The position numbers were made by a program, and so were the translations under genes. A stretch of 64,000 nucleotides of DNA from Phallusia mammillata (taxonomy: Eukaryota). Position 1 is the first letter of the stretch. Every line of letters begins with the position of its first letter. The stretch lies in NCBI GenBank assembly GCA_965637545.1, contig OZ281497.1, forward strand, positions 14,012,001-14,076,000, written 5' to 3'. This document shows positions 62,776 through 64,000 of this stretch, piece after piece. The notes under the pieces were generated by a model. It worked only from the letters and a program-made list of their open reading frames with translations, was not told the DNA's origin and made no database searches.

Positions 62776-64000
62776 ATGACCAGAAAAAATAAACTTTCCT
62801 GTGGTTTGGATTTGGACTTTGATTCTAACATTGAAAATGCCTTGGAATGTAGCAGTGGTGAAGGATATGACTTTGTTTGTCTTGATATAGTGAATCCAGA
62901 AAAGAAAACACATTTTCTTAAAGCAGCAAGTGGTGATAAATTGGGTGACAAAACTAAACCCGAGTTTATGCTAATTGGCCAAGAATGGTGTTCTCTGGTC
63001 GTGGGAAAAGTTTCTAAATGGCTTACACTAAACTCTGGTTTAGATGGCCAGAAAGCCTGTGCCGAAAATGCTGTGACCCAGGAATTGAATTTTGCAGCAT
63101 ACCTTAGTCTTCCTGCAGTTTTAGTATATTTACAAACACAAGATTGTGCAAGTCTTGCTAAAACTATTTATACACACTTGCTTACTAGTCATCATGGAAT
63201 GACAGTGTGGGTAAATGTTCCACTGACTGTGGGCCCTGGGAAAATCAATGGAGTTGAAGAGGCAGATGAAGAAAACACAAGTCACGAAAAACAGGATAGT
63301 TGGCATTGGTGGAACAAGTTCCGCTGTTTGTGTGGTCAACATAATAGGATTGGACTGGCTTTGGAAATTACAGCAGATTTACCAGATGAGCTGGTTTTGA
63401 AGCAATGGCTTGGGGAACCTATAAGATCAGTTGTTCTCCCAACAAGTGTGTTTCTTACAAACAAAAAGGGATTCCCAGTCCTTTCAAGAGCTCATCAATT
63501 TTTAATGATGCAGTTGCTTCGACTTAATTGTCAAATTGTGGTTACTGGGGGCAATGAACATGATTCTGGGCTAAGGGTTTACCAGCAATATGTAAACCAT
63601 TTGTTTAGCAGTCATCCACCTCTTGGCCAATACGAAGCATTTGCACAAGGGTATGAAGATTATCTTCAAGCACCTTTACAGCCACTTATGGATAATCTTG
63701 AGTCTGCTACTTATGAAACATTTGAAAAAGATCCCATTAAATATCAGATGTATGAAGAAGCCATATACAAGTGCCTATCCAAAAAGTCCAAAGATAACAA
63801 GAGTGATTCTCATCTTGTGCTTATGGTTCTAGGAGCAGGTCGGGGACCATTGGTGCGGGCTTCTTTGAGAGCAGCTAGACAAGCAAAGGTCAAAGTAAAA
63901 TGTTATGCTGTTGAAAAAAATGCCAATGCAGCTGTTACATTGGAGTTGCTCAGGCAACATGAGTGGATGAATGACGATGTCACTATCATTTCAAGTGACA
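62776..64000 (+). CDS. PRMT5: Protein arginine N-methyltransferase 5, 5' part (runs off the window); absent from the ORF track because it has no stop in the window
   Basis: 408 uninterrupted codons: MTRKNKLSCGLD...GYDF...WCSLVVGKVSKW...QELNFAAYLSLPA...DSWHWWNKFR...WLGEPI...FLTNKKGFPVLSRAHQ...GYEDYLQAPLQPLMDNLESATYETFEKDPIKY...MVLGAGRGPLV...YAVEKN...VTIISSD. Confidence 0.97.
   Translation, partial: MTRKNKLSCGLDLDFDSNIENALECSSGEGYDFVCLDIVNPEKKTHFLKAASGDKLGDKTKPEFMLIGQEWCSLVVGKVSKWLTLNSGLDGQKACAENAVTQELNFAAYLSLPAVLVYLQTQDCASLAKTIYTHLLTSHHGMTVWVNVPLTVGPGKINGVEEADEENTSHEKQDSWHWWNKFRCLCGQHNRIGLALEITADLPDELVLKQWLGEPIRSVVLPTSVFLTNKKGFPVLSRAHQFLMMQLLRLNCQIVVTGGNEHDSGLRVYQQYVNHLFSSHPPLGQYEAFAQGYEDYLQAPLQPLMDNLESATYETFEKDPIKYQMYEEAIYKCLSKKSKDNKSDSHLVLMVLGAGRGPLVRASLRAARQAKVKVKCYAVEKNANAAVTLELLRQHEWMNDDVTIISSD

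Overview
Intron-rich animal genomic DNA, not prokaryotic. It is probably an ascidian or other tunicate; this is inferred from the many 50-100 nt GT-AG introns, the SINE type and the mosaic CpG depletion. I assembled six protein-coding loci by hand from splice sites: (1) the last three exons of a SPEF2-like gene (+, 1-899); (2) a giant apolipophorin/apoB-type large lipid transfer protein gene (-, 1804-30005, about 50 exons, roughly 6,500 aa) with an 11,566-nt single exon built from a cryptic ~60-aa repeat; (3) guanine deaminase (-, 36635-41088); (4) an expanded SPATA1-like gene (-, 47494-57691) whose TGA stop is followed by 212 further in-frame sense codons; (5) a highly divergent BMP/TGF-beta family ligand (-, 58544-60636), which the ORF track shows only as fragments; (6) the 5' part of PRMT5 with no visible introns (+, 62776 to window end). 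Mobile DNA includes a tRNA-derived SINE, a Helentron-type (DINE-1/HINE-like) element, several hAT MITEs with exact 8-bp target-site duplications, and a foldback element with decayed P-element-like coding remnants nested inside a hAT element. Gene names come from recalled family motifs; no database searches were run.
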